Of a stretch of 64,000 nucleotides of DNA, positions 25,006 through 36,372 are shown in pieces. The position numbers and the translations under genes were made by a program. Position 1 is the stretch's first letter; each line of letters opens with the position of its first letter. The stretch comes from Leucoraja erinacea (taxonomy: Eukaryota). Under the pieces are notes generated by a model. It had not been told where the DNA came from. It did no database searches and saw only the letters and a list, made by a program, of their open reading frames with translations. The stretch spans positions 33,728,001 through 33,792,000 of the forward strand of contig NC_073390.1 of assembly GCF_028641065.1 (NCBI RefSeq), given 5' to 3'.

Positions 25006-26549
25006 AAGTGGCAATGAGTATTCATTCATAGTACCAGGAATACTTGTCATAACTGTACTAATAAGACTTCAGTGCCCTGAGATAACTCATGAATGTGTGA
25101 GATTGTGGTAGACACCACAGCCCCAAAGCAATTGTAGTGGCCATTTGGCTTGTTTTGTGTGTCATTGATTATGCCATGTGTCTTTAAATTTTAGACTGCC
25201 CGTTATATTGTGGGTGGGATTTATGACGTATTTTAGGGAGTTGGGAGCTAAGTTTCTTGCGCAGAAGCTTAGTTTTTAGTTTTAGTTTTGGACCAGCATG
25301 GGGAAGGTTTACCCTTTGACCATGTGAAGCGTAACGGAGACACGAGGAGTTTTCTAACCTTTAAAGCGATATGCTGGAGATTGATCAAGATTATATTGTA
25401 TGAGTCGGAAGAGGTTTGGATGTACCTTATTGTTTTTCATCAGCAATAAAAAATCTATCAATCAAAAGTGTGTTATGAAGATTTATCTGTGAAGAAGCTC
25501 TGAAGATTTCTGACGGAGAGCTCGCATGCGTATAACGACATTCCCCTTAACAATGTAGTCCACTTAGCGGCTAGAGGGAGTAATAATCTTGAATGATATA
25601 CAAATCTGCCGCGACAGCAATGTCTAGTGTAGAATAATAGTACATCTTGATTTAAGCTGGAACACAAAATCCTGTTTCACACAATTAGGTTGTGGTGCAT
25701 GTCGGTTGCATGTTTTAATATACTATAGCATGCTAATCTGTCTTTGCACCAGCCCATAAGTCAACTGCAGTTGGATGAAACATAAAGATTGAAGTGCCTA
25801 TCATAGGACATTTTGAGTTGCTTGACTTCAATTGATGACAGATTCATTACATCAGACTGACAGAGAAGTTGGTTTTCCATTCAAGCCATTTTGGCAATTG
25901 CAAAGAATGACCCAAACCTCAGGTCTTTGGAGGTGTGACATCATTACTCGTGAGGGTGGCTAAATCCTATTGTTCTCAATCAGCAAGGTGGGGAGCTGTG
26001 GGAATAACACAAAGTTCCTCTTAGTGAGACTTAGAGAGAACACGTGAATGGATATAGTTTTGTCCTGCAGATTGACAGTCAAGTTGTTTACATTCATAAA
26101 GATGTCAATAAAGTAAGGCAGCAGATACATAGGTTCAATGTCACACAGAAACTTTACAAATTCTTACAGTCAACTGTGTACACGCATACTGAATCTCATC
26201 AATAAATTCAAAGAATTGTTTTTAATCTCCAGAGAGGCATCAAAATTCAGTGTTGAGTAGCAGAGCACCGTGCCATTCCTATTTTATTGCACAACTGGAG
26301 AAAGAGGCAAGCTTGCAATGACTGAGCCTTGAAGAAATTTACAATGGAAGTGCCATTTTGGAATGCACTCTCCATCACACAGTTCCTACTAATCGCAAAA
26401 GATTTTATTTTCCTTCTGTAGCACATACAGTTTTTTCTTGTATCATTTCGCTTTGTTAAAGGTCAGGCTTCCTCAGGAATTTCCTCAGTAGTACTTCCTC
26501 AGGAATTTCTTCTTCTTGGACTTAATACATTTGGGGCAAAAAATATGCA

Positions 26550-26811
26550 CATAGGTTCAAGGTGAAGGGGAAAAGATTTAATAGGAATCTGAGGGGTAAC
26601 CTTTTCACACAGGCTGCCAGAGGAGGTAGTTGAGGCAGGGACTATCCCAACATTTAAGAAACAGTTAGACAGGTACATGGATAGGACGGGTTTGGAGAGA
26701 TATGGACCAAATGCAGGCAGGAGGTACTAGTGTACCTGGGACATGTTGGCTGGTGTGAGCAAGTTGGGCTAAAAGGCCTGTTTCCATACTGTCTCACTCT
26801 ATGACTCTATG
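26550..26811 (+). mobile_element. CR1 3' fragment
   Basis: GGTGAAGGGGAAAAGATTTAATAGGAATCTGAGGGG ... GGCCTGTTTCC, with a (CTCTATGA)n tail. Confidence 0.85.
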
Positions 26812-29158
26812 CATTCATTCTTTCAGTGCTCATGTTGATCAGAAGGGATGTTGATCAGAAGGGATTTGTGAAACACAATTGCTTCTGCCCCAGATTTCAT
26901 CAAATGTTATTGTTATGTATTTTTTATTTCCCACGATGATAATTCTAGTCATGTAAATTGCAGAAGGCAAGATTAACATTTCTTCACCACTTAAAGGTTT
27001 CTTGATTGAGTAAAAAGTTAAGTCTCCTCAGATTAGATGCTCCATCACTGGAATATATAGACATAGCATTCTGGAATCTTAATTTTGGACATTTCTCTTT
27101 CACATTACTTGTAAAATGACCAAGGTTATTATTCATGCTCCCAATAACATGAACTTAGTTGCCCTTTAAGTTTAAAGTATTTTGTATTCTTTGCAGTCAA
27201 AAGGGATTTGTGCTTTTGGTTTGGCACAAAACACACTGCAGATGTTCTTCCTTGTTTAGTTAAGTGATCATCAAATTAGTGCTTCTGTTTCTTGGACTGT
27301 TTTTGTTGCTAGATCTCAGATTTGTCAAGAGATTTATTGTTATACTGCAATGCAAAGCATTTAGATGTTTCAACATGTCTGTTAGATTTAGCTATCATTT
27401 AAATTTTAATGCAACCAGCCATGACTGTTGATAGTCATTCTATGAATTGGGACCCCTTTCTCTCACGTCACTCTATTAGTATGTGTCTACTCTGGGTCAA
27501 ATCTATGGTGATTGTATGCAGGTCAGGTTAGAATACAGAGATAATAACCTCTGATGTTCTGTGTTTTAATTTCACTCTGTAACATACTCAGTCTTCCAGC
27601 AGAACCCCGTTTATGATTTAAACCATATCAAATTAGCTTGAGCAGAGATATCTTAATGCAAGTGAATATTGATAAGCCTGAATCATTTATTATGAATTTG
27701 AGGACATTGTCAGTCAATGGTTTCAAGTAGTCCTTTGCTTAATTGATGGTTTAACCGTGCTCTTCAGATGATGGATTGGTGCCTTTTTTTTCTTGTGTAG
27801 TTATCACAAGAAATGAGAAATGAGGTAACTGTGCCGTCAGACAAATCAATTTGCATTCAAATTGTGTTAGCAGTTCCTTGAACTGGCTCAGGGGATGCCT
27901 GCCAAAGGTACGAAGCTGTGCTAAATATAGTATCAACTTTTACACGGGATTTAGCATGCAGGGTGACGGGCCGCAGAGAAAATACTGATGTCTTCTTGTT
28001 CAGCCGAGTGTTTACCATGCTGATTATTAAATCAATTAAAAAATGACAATATAAACCATTTCCTTTCTACAAGAGATAAATGATGTTTAAAAGTCCTTGA
28101 AATTAATTTCAATTTCTTTTTCCAAAATTTCTACCTAATCGATGCTTAAATTATTAAAACCCTTTTCTGTTTTCCTTATTTTTCTCATCACTGGTTCCAC
28201 ACTATAATTTTTTTTCTTCACTTGCACTTCCCTGTATTTCTCCCCAGCAGTATTTCTCTACCACTGCTGTTTCTTTTCTCTTTGCTCAGTTTACAGCTTC
28301 TATTGCATTAGCTCCCTGGTCCCCTCATTGCGACCGGCTCTTTTTAAATATTCCTGCAGCTGGTTTTCTTTTTTTTATTATCCACATCTCTCTGGTATTT
28401 CACTATCTTCAGACTCGTTATCAACATTTCTGTTTGCATTTATTAAAGAGAACCGCTTTGTTAAACAGAAAATTGAACATCTGCATTGTCAATGTTTACA
28501 CAGTATAACCATGTGGAGTGTTGTGCATCAGCATATATTTTAAATAGTCACTTCAATAACTAATTGGCAGAAAGGTTATGACAGGCACTAATGACCTGAT
28601 TGCACATCACATCAATCAGGCTTATTCCCAACTGACTGGCTGTCCACAACGGAATGATATTTGATCTTCAACAACCTTCTGTGCAAAGACATGCTCAATG
28701 AACTATCTCCACATGACAGCTTTAAATTACCTATCCATACTTGACAACTTCCAAACTAAAGCTCTCTTCTGCTCTTCAATCAATCTACATTTTAAAACTC
28801 GGCATTCAGCTTCTTTTTAGTGTTCCTTCCTCAAATGTAACTATTGCCAACAGAATGCTAACTGAGTACACAAGCATACAGCTTTCCGTAGCCAAATAGT
28901 GTTATGGAATCTTGCTGCATAACTAATGTCTGTCTTCCTGGTATTTATCAAACAAATTGTAAAACTGAACTCCTTCTCTGACATTACAATCCAAAAAAAG
29001 TATTTGCATGCAACAAAATGAACACAAAATATTGGATAGCTTGGCTCTGGGGTGAACCTTGTCCCTACAGTTTACCATATATCTCCTATCTATCTTTAGC
29101 AATTTCAAGGTTCCCTTTTTGGCTCAGCTTTTTGTCACTTCTCCAATGTAGTCTCCTA

Positions 29159-29598
29159 TAGTAGTAGTAGTAGTAGTAGTAGGCCCCTCTCAGTCATGAC
29201 TGACCATGGGCGATGCATCCTGATCGGATGCAAGCCTGGGCAATGTCATATAGAGGACAGGCTGTTGCCCATGCAGCACGACCCCCTCTCCACGCCGCTG
29301 ATCTATCCAAAGGAACAGCGGGGCCATTACAGTTTGGCACCAGCGCCGTCGCAGGAGCTGCCAGAGCAAGGTTCCAGACCGCGACGAACTGCCTTAAGGG
29401 CTCCGACTCCGGATTTTCTTGAGGTTTACACCAGGAGCCTTTTCCATGACTGGATATGGCCACAAGGCAGAGGAGGTTTTAAATCAGAGTTTTCCCTCAC
29501 CTAGATGGACTGCCTTCCCAGGCTGACGAGCCCCATCTGCCCGAGATTCGTGGGGGCGGGAGCGTCTACCTTCCCATGCAGGTCTATAACACCTGCCC
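29159..29598 (-). mobile_element. Short RTE-like non-autonomous retroelement with (TAC)n tail
   Basis: (GTA)n run at 29159-29181 abuts a GC-rich 420-bp body containing, on the minus strand, GCCTGGGAAGGCAGTCCATCTAGGTGAGGGAAAACTCTGATTTAAAACC, recalled as an RTE 5' UTR-type motif. Confidence 0.55.
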
Positions 29599-31443
29599 TA
29601 TGGATCAATGGTTACTACGTGTCTATCCCATTTCTTTCTCACCTGCTGCTATAAAACAATTAGAGAAAATCTACACTACAGGCACAATAAAAGATATTTA
29701 GAAATAAAATATCTTTCTTGAAAGTCACATAAATTGCCGCTCTCCTGTCGTTAGCAATCAAATTATTGTGCTTTTTCATTACATCCCTTCGTTAAATGTA
29801 GGCTGAGCAGACATTACATGTTACATTTATCATTAACCACCCCAGTGCTCAACACGCCATTTTGAATGGTAGTAAGCAGTTTGCTACGTCCTTGTACAAA
29901 GACCCACTCCGATAATAGAGATGATACCTGAAATGTCACCTATCCATGTTCTTCAGTGATGCTGCCTATTCTGCCCTAACATGGGTTCACTTTTCATACA
30001 GATTTGGAAGGAAAATTACACAAGTAATACTCCTACTGTAGAACTTGTGTGTGCTGTATGAGAAATAGCAGTTCTATATTGGTTTATCTTCACATCTTCT
30101 GTAGCTTGCTACAGTCCACATGACATGTATTTGCAACCTGAACAATGAGATTTGGTCTCCATGCATAAGCAATGTAAAATGCTAAGCGTGTGAGTTATCT
30201 CACGAACCAGACCACTGATCATTGATGAAAAAAAAACCTGATACTATTTCAAAAAAGACGTAATTCCTGGGGTGACAGTAGATGCGATGACAAATCGACA
30301 ATTAAGCAACTTCAACGAAACAAGATAATTTTGAGTTTTTGGTTGTCATAGTAATTATTCTGGTCGAGGAGGACAAGGTAGTATTGATAACCCAGTTCTA
30401 AGATGAACCATGGATTGTCTGATCAAGGGGTCTTATTTACTGGAGGTTGATTACAACATTTAATGCAATGTGAGGGAATTGAAAGTGACATTGTCACAAA
30501 ATAACTGGGGAAAACAGTTGTCATTCAAGCAATTTTAATTCATCCAACTTGAGAGACGCAAATATTGTAGCTCCTTAATTTAACATTCCGTTATTATGTG
30601 AATAATTTCAAAGAATTTGCTTCCATCTAGAGATCTATTTCACATTTATTCTCAGTTGCGTGAATGAACATTTTGAATAACTGTTCTAGTTCGTTTGAAT
30701 TTGTATTCCCATGCTCTATTCTCGGAATTAATTTAAAGTAATACTTTTTTTCCATATCCTTAACTATGTTGTAAGCTTTCTTAGCTAACTCCCAGGTTGA
30801 AAATCTTAGGCATTCTGCTGTTTTTTATTTTTTGCAAAACCCTGGAGAATTGACCCTGTACTTGTTCTCTGCACTGCATCCTGAATGTTCCTGTTTTGCT
30901 TGTGTCTGGAAGAATGGAACTGGATGCAGAATGGTTAAAGAGCAATTAAAATCTGACTCGCTCTTTTAACTCATTTGAGCTTCTGAATTGGTGGCATATT
31001 TTTCTGCTGTTTTGAATGCATTTGGTTTACTAAATAATCTTTATCCGTACCCATTAGTATATTGTTCATGGCACATTTGTAACCTTTATTCATTTCTTCC
31101 TGAGTTGCTTCTTTGATTTCATAGCCCCTCTTTGTTTCATACACTCCTGTGCGTTTAGTGGTAAAAAGAGAATTAGATTTAGCTGTTGGGGATATGGGGA
31201 AAAAGCAGATCATGTTAGATGAGCAGCCATGATCAGGGCCGGATTTAGATGAAGAGAGGCCCTACGCTGTTCCACGTGAGGCCCCCTCCACGTTGGTTTT
31301 CAGCGCTGGCAGCGAGGCAGCGACCGGACAGCCATGGCGGCCAAATCTCCCACAATTCAAAGCGAGGGAGAAAGTGCCCAGCGCCGACCAGTTGCCGTTG
31401 CAGTGCACATGCGCAGGGCGGCCAATGATGTGCTGGCCGTGGT

Positions 31444-33348
31444 CGCCTCAACTTCTCCACTCCCCTGTCTCACTCCAATCTCTCACCACAGGAACGCTCT
31501 GCCATCGACTCTGCCATCGACTCACTCCGCAACAACCCAGATTTGGTTATCAAACCCGCTGACAAGGGAGGTGCCGTGGTAGTCTGGCGCGCCGATCTCT
31601 ACAAAGCTGAGGCCACGCGCCAACTATCGGACACCTCCTCCTACTTACCCCTGGACCATGACCCCACTGACGAGCACCAGGCCACCATCTCCAGCACCAT
31701 CACCAACTTCATCCACTCCAATGCCCTACCCGACCAAGCCTCCAACCTCATCGTTCCCCAGCCCCGCACAGCCCGATTTTACCTTCTCCCTAAAATCCAC
31801 AAACCTGATTGTCCCGGAAGACCCATTGTCTCCGCCTGTTCATGCCCCACCGAACTCATTTCCAAATACCTTGACTCCATCCTATCACCCTTGGTCAAAT
31901 CCCTCCCTACCTATGTCCAAGACACCTCAGACACTCTCCGTCGTCTCCGCGCATTCAATTCTCTAGGCCCTCACCCCCTCATCTTCACCATGGACGTCCA
32001 ATCACTATACACCTCCATCCCCCACCACGATGGTCTCACAGCCCTCCGGTTCTTCCTCGACCAGAGAAGCAACCCATACCCAGCCACTGACACTCTCCTC
32101 CACCTAGCGGAGCTGGTCCTTACCCTCAATAACTTCGAGTTCGACTCCTCCCACTTCCTCCAAATACAAGGCGTAGCTATGGGCACACGCATGGGCCCCA
32201 GCTATGCCTGCCTATTTGTAGGTTACGTCGAGCAATCCTTGTTCAATACATACCAGGGCCCCATCCCCAACCTCTACCTCCGCTACATCGACGACTGCTT
32301 CGGTACTACCTCCTGCACCCACACACAACTGACTGACTTCATCCACTTCACCACTAATTTCCACCCGGCACTGAAATACACCTGGACCATCTCCGACACT
32401 TCCCTACCATTCCTTGACCTCACTATCTCCATTGCAGGTGATAGACTTCTAACCGACATACACTATAAACCCACTGACTCCCATGGCTATCTGGACTACA
32501 CTTCTTCCCACCCTGCTTCCTGTAAGGACTCCATCCCCTACTCCCAATTCCTCCGTCTACGCCGCATCTGCTCCACGGATGAGGCGTTCCACACCAGGAC
32601 ATCTGAAATGTCCTCACTATTCAGGGAACGGGGGTTCCCCTCCTCCACCATAAATGAGGCTCGCACCAGGGTCTCTTCCATACCCCGCAACACTGCTCTC
32701 TCTCCCCATCCCCGCACTCGCAACAAGGGCCGAGTCCCCCTAGTCCTCACCTTTCACCCCACCAGCCATCACATACAAAAAATAATCCTCCGTCAGTTTC
32801 GCCACCTCCAACGTGACCCCACTACTAGCCACATCTTCCCATCTCCCCCCATATCTGCCTTCCGCAAAGACCGCTCCCTCCATAACTCCCTTGTCAATTC
32901 TTCCCTTCCCTCTCGGTCCACCCCCTCCCCGGGCACTTTCCCTTGCGGCCGCAGGAGATGCAACACTTGTCCCTTTACCTCCCCCCTCAACTCCGTTCAG
33001 GGACCCAAGCAATCGTTCCAGGTGCGACAGAGGTTTACCTGCATCTCTTCCAACCTCATCTATTGCGTCCGCTGCTCTAGATGTCAGCAGATCTATATCG
33101 GTGAGACCAAGCGGAGTTTGGGCGATCGTTTCGCCGAACACCTCCGCTCGGTCCGCAATAACCTAGCTGACCTCCCGGTGGCTCAGCACTTCAACTCCCC
33201 CTCCCACTCCGCCTCCGACCTCTCTGTCCTGGGTCTCCTCCATGGCCACAGCGAGCAGCACCGGAAATTGGAGGAACAGCACCTCATATTCCGTTTGGGG
33301 AGTCTGCACCCCGGGGGCATGAACATCGACTTCTCCCAATTCTGTTAG
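31444..33348 (+). CDS. Penelope RT + GIY-YIG endonuclease reading frame (N-terminus missing)
   Basis: KPADKGG, LPKIHK, GRPIVS, MDVQSLYT, QGVAMGT, YLRYIDD, a Cys cluster CGRRRCNTC, then LIYCVRCSRCQQIYIGETKR. The frame is open from the insertion junction at 31444; the TTG start at 31543 in the ORF track is an artefact. Confidence 0.9.
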   Translation, partial: RLNFSTPLSHSNLSPQERSAIDSAIDSLRNNPDLVIKPADKGGAVVVWRADLYKAEATRQLSDTSSYLPLDHDPTDEHQATISSTITNFIHSNALPDQASNLIVPQPRTARFYLLPKIHKPDCPGRPIVSACSCPTELISKYLDSILSPLVKSLPTYVQDTSDTLRRLRAFNSLGPHPLIFTMDVQSLYTSIPHHDGLTALRFFLDQRSNPYPATDTLLHLAELVLTLNNFEFDSSHFLQIQGVAMGTRMGPSYACLFVGYVEQSLFNTYQGPIPNLYLRYIDDCFGTTSCTHTQLTDFIHFTTNFHPALKYTWTISDTSLPFLDLTISIAGDRLLTDIHYKPTDSHGYLDYTSSHPASCKDSIPYSQFLRLRRICSTDEAFHTRTSEMSSLFRERGFPSSTINEARTRVSSIPRNTALSPHPRTRNKGRVPLVLTFHPTSHHIQKIILRQFRHLQRDPTTSHIFPSPPISAFRKDRSLHNSLVNSSLPSRSTPSPGTFPCGRRRCNTCPFTSPLNSVQGPKQSFQVRQRFTCISSNLIYCVRCSRCQQIYIGETKRSLGDRFAEHLRSVRNNLADLPVAQHFNSPSHSASDLSVLGLLHGHSEQHRKLEEQHLIFRLGSLHPGGMNIDFSQFC

Positions 33349-33460
33349 TCCTTGCTGTCTCCTCCCCTTCCTCAGCTCCCCTGCTGTCTCCTCCCACCCT
33401 CCAGCCTTCCGGCTACTCCTCCTTTTCCCTTTCTTGTCCCCACCCACCCCCACCCCTGAT

Positions 33461-33497
33461 CAGTCTGAAGAAGGGTTTCGGCCCGAAACGTTGCCTA
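33461..33497 (+). ncRNA. Minimal type I hammerhead ribozyme motif in the Penelope 3' pLTR
   Basis: CUGAAGA, extra A, stem II GGGU-UUCG-GCCC, GAAAC-GUU. Stem III is reduced to the palindrome ACGU, as described for minimal hammerheads of Penelope-like elements. Confidence 0.7.
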
Positions 33498-33752
33498 TTT
33501 CCTTCGCTCCATAGATGCTGCTGCACCCGCTGAGTTTCTCCAGCTTTTATGTGCTGGCCGTGGTTGTGCGCATGTGCAAGGCGGATGAGGAGCGAGCGGA
33601 GCCCGGCGGCTCAGACACGGATAGTGCAGGGAGATGGAGAGAGAGAGAGATATAGAGAGGGGGGTCCGCCCAGAGTTGAACGGTAGGTGTCCTGTCTTGG
33701 CCGGTGGCCCCCCTAGACCTCGAGGCCCTAAGCTTAAGCTTGTCTAGCTTAT

Positions 33753-34566
33753 AGGGTGATTTCACAAAAGGTCACTGGAGCATAGATCCGCACCCACGTG
33801 ACCGAAAATCTCAAGTGGAGGACATGCTAGACATCCGGTACATGTTAGTGGATGGGAAAACATGCACTTTCCCACCTGTTAAAAACATAGAAAACGGCCA
33901 GGTTTTGATCTGCAATTTATTGTGCCAGTCGGGGTGACCGTGAGGCACAGCTACCTAGATTTACAGTTTAAAAAAAAGATAGAAACTAAGGTAAATTAAA
34001 GAGGGAGCTGAAGGTGCCAATCCAGCGGAAGTGAACAGCGGACATTTGCCGTGGAGATTTAAAGGTCCAAAATATCGGGAATTATCGCGTTTCCTCACTG
34101 AATTTCATCAAAAGTAAGGCATTATTGACTTACTTTTGATGAAATTCAGCGAGCAAACGCGATCATTCCCGATATTTCATCAAAAGTAAGGCATTATTGA
34201 CTTACTTTTGATGAAATTCAGCGAGCAAACGCGATAATTCCCGATATTTTGGACCTTTAAATCTCCACGGCAAATGTCTGCTGTTCACTTCTGCTGGATT
34301 GGCACCTTCAGCTCCCTCTTTAATTTACCTTAGTTTCTATCTTTTTTTTGGACTGTAAATCTAGGTAGCTGTGCCTCACGGTCACCCCGACTGGCATAAT
34401 AAATTGCAGATCAAAACCTGGCTGTTTTCTATGTTTTTAACGGGTGGGAAAGTGCGTGTTTTCCCATCCACTAACATGTACAGGATGTCTAGCATGTCCT
34501 GCACTTGAGATTTTCGGTCACGTGGGTGCGGATCTACGCTCCAGTGACCTTTCGTGAAATCACCCT
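33753..34566. mobile_element. 814-bp fold-back (palindromic) MITE
   Basis: Arms 33753-34118 and 34201-34566 are near-perfect reverse complements (AGGGTGATTTCAC...GTGAAATCACCCT). The target site is readable as AT, TA or TATA. Central 72-bp tandem duplication. Confidence 0.9.
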
Positions 34567-34805
34567 ATAGGTAAATCCGGCCCTGGCAATGATCATATTG
34601 AATGGCGGTGCTGGCTCCAAAGGCCGAATGGCCTACTTCTGCACCTATTTTTCTATGTTACTATGTTTCTAACAAACAGGTTGTGTGTATGATTTCAGAG
34701 CACATTTCCAGCCCTCGATCTCTGAGGGCAGTACTTCTTCCCACTCTGACCAAGCACCTCTGAGGGAACTCAATGTTTTCTAACATGTAATGAGTCACTT
34801 TTACA

Positions 34806-35170
34806 TTCTTGGTATTTTCCCTGGGTAGCTTACAACCCAACAGCATGAACATTGAATGTTTCCATTTTCACAGCACCCACACCCTAGTTGATCTCCTCCC
34901 ACACATACTCACCTGTCCACCCAGGTTTCTTGCCCTTTTGTTCACTTTCCCCATCTCCTCACCCAGATCCGATCTGTATGTCATATACCCCACCCTTCTG
35001 GTTCCACCTATCACCTCCAGCTTCTGTTCCACCCCTCCCTTATACTGCTATTTACCAGCAACCTTTCCTCTTCCCTCTCAGACATGCAGGGTCAGGACCC
35101 AGACCGTCAACATACACCTTTTGTCTCCACAGATACTACTTGATGTATTGTTTTCCTCCAGCAATCATTT
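34806..35170 (+). mobile_element. Old Penelope 3' fragment
   Basis: VFSLGSLQPNSMNIE matches the Penelope C-terminus IFRLGSLHPGGMNID, followed by a pyrimidine-rich UTR. Confidence 0.7.
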
Positions 35171-36049
35171 TTTGAATTGGATAAGTGTATTAGTCCTTAA
35201 AGATGGACTCCCTGTGGCAACCAGCTGGCAGAAACACACACATCTGTTTTCATAGAGGAAGCAGGAAGGAGGGGGGTCTGAGGTAGAGGGAGACAGTTCC
35301 TACATTCACCAAAAGGGATATGGAAATATTACAGATAAGGTTGAAAATGGACTGCATTGTAGCACAAAAAAAAAATGGTCACCACACCATCTGGTTTTCT
35401 TGGCTTTTAAATTATATGCTGCATGATCTGTTGATATTTAAGAATCAAATCAAGAGTCAAGAGTGTTTTATTGTCACATGTTCCAAAAGGGAACAATGAA
35501 ATTCTTGCTTGCAGCAGCACAGCAGATATGTAAACATCAGATAATAAGCATATCTGTTATTTTATAAATAAGTTGTTTGACTACATTTTTCTCACCAGGA
35601 GGTGCTGTTGGTTCCCATCTGTACGACGATTCCTGGGAGGGCTGACATCAGGGCTGTGTGGTTATTTTGTAAAGCTCACAAGTGCTGCACTATAAAACAA
35701 GCCCTCTTTGTTTCCCGAAAATAACACGTGCATTATTTTATTGAACAGCCAGGATTTCCTGGGAGGTTTTACAGCATGACTACAAAATAAAAGTCTGTTT
35801 TGATCATGTAACCCTTCTCTGGATCTTTAAAGAGGAGCACAAAGCTTCTGCCCCCTTTCTACTACCCCACACAGCTCTCCGGCCCAACAAATAGTTGATT
35901 GATTTAAATTTGCAGATTTCTCTTCCTTCACTTCACATCTATACCTTGGATAAATTATTCCCTTTATCTCACACCATCTGTATTTTCATCTCTGGCTTTT
36001 GTCCACCACTGACTTTGGTGCCTTCCCACACAGTGGGGAACTTTGATTC

Positions 36050-36186
36050 TGCTGTGTGGGGATATTTTATGTCAAATCCTTTAGTGTGTCGTGTCCTGTT
36101 TATTTTTATTGTATGGCTGTATGGGAATTCATTTCACTGTGCCATTAGGCACATGTGACAATTAAATCTATCTTGAATCTTGAATC
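36050..36186 (+). mobile_element. Rex1/Babar-like 3' tail
   Basis: TTTCACTGTGCC-atta-GGCACATGTGACAATTAAA followed by (TCTTGAA)n. A similar tail lies on the minus strand at about 35445-35540. Confidence 0.55.
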
Positions 36187-36189
36187 ATT

Positions 36190-36372
36190 AAACTTGCATC
36201 TCACCTATTACCTGCCTTGCCTGCCATGCCCATCCTCTCTTCTGGCTTTCTTCCCACCCCTATAATCAGACTGAAGAAGGGTCCCAACCCGAAGCATCAC
36301 CTATCCATGTTCTCCAGAGATGCTGCCTAATAACCCTTTGAATTACTCCCACACTTTGTGTCTACTTTGCAG
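36190..36372 (+). mobile_element. Penelope 3' pLTR fragment, degenerate hammerhead core
   Basis: CTGAAGAAGGGTCCCAACCCGAAGCATC at 36271, followed by TCTCCAGAGATGCTGCC. Confidence 0.7.

Larger units (their letters stand above)
31444..33548 (+). mobile_element. Young 5'-truncated Penelope-like retroelement (probably Neptune-type)
   Basis: Perfect 16-bp TSD ATGTGCTGGCCGTGGT (31428-31443, 33549-33564), uninterrupted reading frame, pyrimidine-rich 3' UTR with hammerhead-like core. Confidence 0.95.
31234..34585. mobile_element. hAT-like non-autonomous DNA transposon (host of two nested inserts)
   Basis: 14-bp TIRs CAGGGCCGGATTTA / TAAATCCGGCCCTG. 8-bp TSD GCCATGAT / GCAATGAT (31226-31233, 34586-34593, one mismatch). 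Confidence 0.85.
31190..34670 (+). mobile_element. CR1-type 3' tail split by nested insertions
   Basis: Left part GGGGATATGGGGAAAAAGCAG...GCAGCCATGAT (to 31233) resumes as CATATTGAATGGCGGTGCTGGCTCCAAAGGCCGAATGGCCTACTTCTGCACC (from 34594), collinear with the CR1 end at 4545-4650. Confidence 0.8.

Noticed and set aside
26832-26865. 16-bp tandem duplication ATGTTGATCAGAAGGG
   Set aside because: Ordinary local slippage with no associated structure.
31245-31582. Fusion of hAT-derived ORFs with the Penelope ORF
   Set aside because: An in-frame TGA at 31426-31428 precedes the Penelope frame, and the other small ORFs are in different frames.
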